This document shows, piece by piece, positions 33,591 to 35,287 of a DNA stretch of 35,287 nt; positions within the stretch are counted from its first letter, which is position 1, and each line of letters opens with the position of its first letter. A program made the translations under genes and the position numbers. The DNA comes from Octopus sinensis (lineage: Eukaryota), in contig NW_021831658.1 of NCBI RefSeq assembly GCF_006345805.1, positions 1 through 35,287 on the forward strand, given 5' to 3'. The notes under the pieces are model-generated. The model made no database searches. It had not been told where the DNA came from and saw nothing but the letters and a program-made list of their open reading frames with translations.

Positions 33591-34399
33591 ATATATATAT
33601 ATATGTATATGTATATATGTATGTGTGTGTGTGTGTGTGTGTTTAAGAAAGCAAAAAATATAACAAAAATGATAGTGTTTAGTATGTTGGCGATAGGAAT
33701 TTCTGTTAAAGAGACATGGTTGAACAATGTTGTACATCATCTCCCTCTTTCTCTCACATACCCACTCTTTCTCTATCTTTTCCTCCCTCTTCTTTTCTTT
33801 CTTTCTCTCTCTCTTTCTCTCCCTCTCCTTTTCTTTCTCTCTCTCTCTCTCTTTCCCTCCCTCTCCTTTTCTTTCTTTCTTTCTTTCTTTCTTTCTCTCC
33901 CTCTCTCTGTCTTCGCCACCGCCCTCAGAATCTCTATGCCTACAATTACTTTCACCCGAGCAAAGTGAACAGTAGGAGTGTCATTGAATAGTGAGAAAGA
34001 GAGAGTCTAAGTGTGACACACTGACACACAGAAATTTATTTTATTACACGAAATATAATATATAACATTATATTTTATAATGGCTTGTTTGTAAAATTTA
34101 ATTACGTAGCTCAATGTGTTTTTTAATCTATCTATATGTTTATGGGCGTGTATTTTGGTGTGTTTGGATTAAGATATATTTTGTGTAGCTCTTTAATAGC
34201 CATATTAAAAACTTAGAGCTAAAATTTCCTCGAGTTATGTACTTTATGAGATATGCCATAACTTTCGATTTCCTTTACACCAGAATATAACAATAATGCC
34301 TGATATATTAATATATATATATATATATATCCTGTATAGTATTCTTGTTATTTTCTCGTTTGTAAACTAATTGTACTTTTTGTACATGTATTTTTATTT

Positions 34400-34838
34400 T
34401 TGCAGTTTTATCGTTTGTCTATGCCAGAAAAAGGCTTTTTCGTTCGTCGTTGTTGTGTTTTTTTTACATGTATTTTAATTTTGCAGTCTTATTGTTACGT
34501 CTTGTTTGTGTTCGTACTCATTTTGCCCCGCTGCTTGGAATTTTATTTTAATTCTCTCGCAGGAAGGCCTATTGGATTAGTGTTCTGTTATGCCTTCGAA
34601 ACATGCCTGACTCCTCTAGCGACAGCTGATGACGGGGGTTTTGTCCTTGTGTAGCTCGTCCTGTATTTGTTTTTCGTTTTCCGTTTTCTTGTTTTTGGGT
34701 TTTGGGCTTTTTCCGTTTCTACGTCTTATTGTGATGTCCTACTCCCGTATAATTATTTATATATGCATGTATATATACATGTAGATGTAGGTACGTAACA
34801 TATATGTTTGTATGTATACATATTTTTTATTTATCTCC
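34400..34838 (+). mobile_element. T-rich non-autonomous repeat (PLE-like), copy 2
   Basis: Homologous to 33280-33590; ends atctccc-(TA)n like the 14618 element; 5' boundary uncertain. Confidence 0.55.
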
Positions 34839-35287
34839 CTATATATATATATATAATATATATATAGATATATATATATATATTATCTTTGCGTATTAAA
34901 GTGCAACCGAATAACAATAAAATATATGTTGATGTCTTATTTTAAGTAACTTACATTAAATTCAACACATAAAACTAAATATAAAATTTGATAACTACCC
35001 GAGTACAAAATCTTATATCATTATTTATCTTCTCTCTCTCTCTCTCTCTCTCTGTATACACACACACATATAAGAATAGAAAACAAAAACAAAATTTGAA
35101 CAATTATAAAATCAATTCAATATAAATATATATACACATGACAAACCTTATATATATATATATAGACATATATATATATACATATATATATGTATGTATA
35201 TATAATATATATATATATATATATTATATATATCATATATTATATGTCTGTGTATATATATATATATAATATATATATATATATATA
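34839..35287. repeat. (TA)n-dominated low-complexity region with (TC)n
   Basis: Direct reading. Confidence 0.9.

Larger units (their letters stand above)
32838..34050 (-). mobile_element. Non-autonomous Helitron-like element in two overlapping pieces
   Basis: Minus-strand 3' end: 8-bp hairpin AAAGCCGC/GCGGCTTT (32846-32869) then CTAG|T (32841-32837); body repeated at 32918-33087 and 33729-34025; 5' end uncertain near 34050. Confidence 0.6.

Noticed and set aside
1-35287. CRISPR array or prokaryotic defence system
   Set aside because: No constant repeat with unique equal-length spacers, no cas-like ORFs; the sequence is eukaryotic and repeat-rich.

Overview
Very AT-rich, microsatellite-dense eukaryotic genomic DNA. 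The SINE complement and repeat style are characteristic of a cephalopod, most likely Octopus (inferred from recalled repeat families, not a database search). I find no convincing host protein-coding gene, tRNA/rRNA gene or CRISPR array; the window looks intronic or intergenic, and nearly all listed ORFs are microsatellite translations or antisense frames of repeats. Real coding remnants all belong to dead mobile elements: two R4/Dong-clade LINE copies (1-412; 2925-4915), a second RLE-endonuclease LINE 3' fragment (15210-15850), a mariner N-terminal fragment (about 10354-10521) and a Chapaev3-like DDE transposase (26071-28290). About 30 tRNA-headed or CORE-type SINE pieces from four families (my labels A-D) are present, several with clear 10-18 bp TSDs, along with non-autonomous Helitrons and MITEs. 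The most interesting signals: (i) (TA)n-associated non-autonomous repeats carrying Penelope-type hammerhead-like motifs, one near-canonical (14707-14750) and two circularly permuted (33331-33378, 34593-34638); (ii) a microhomology-bounded inverted templated insertion of a neighbouring SINE into the transposase; (iii) modular head/tail shuffling among SINEs and a fixed head-less multimer junction in SINE A. Coordinates are hand-counted; fragment boundaries may be off by about 10 bp.
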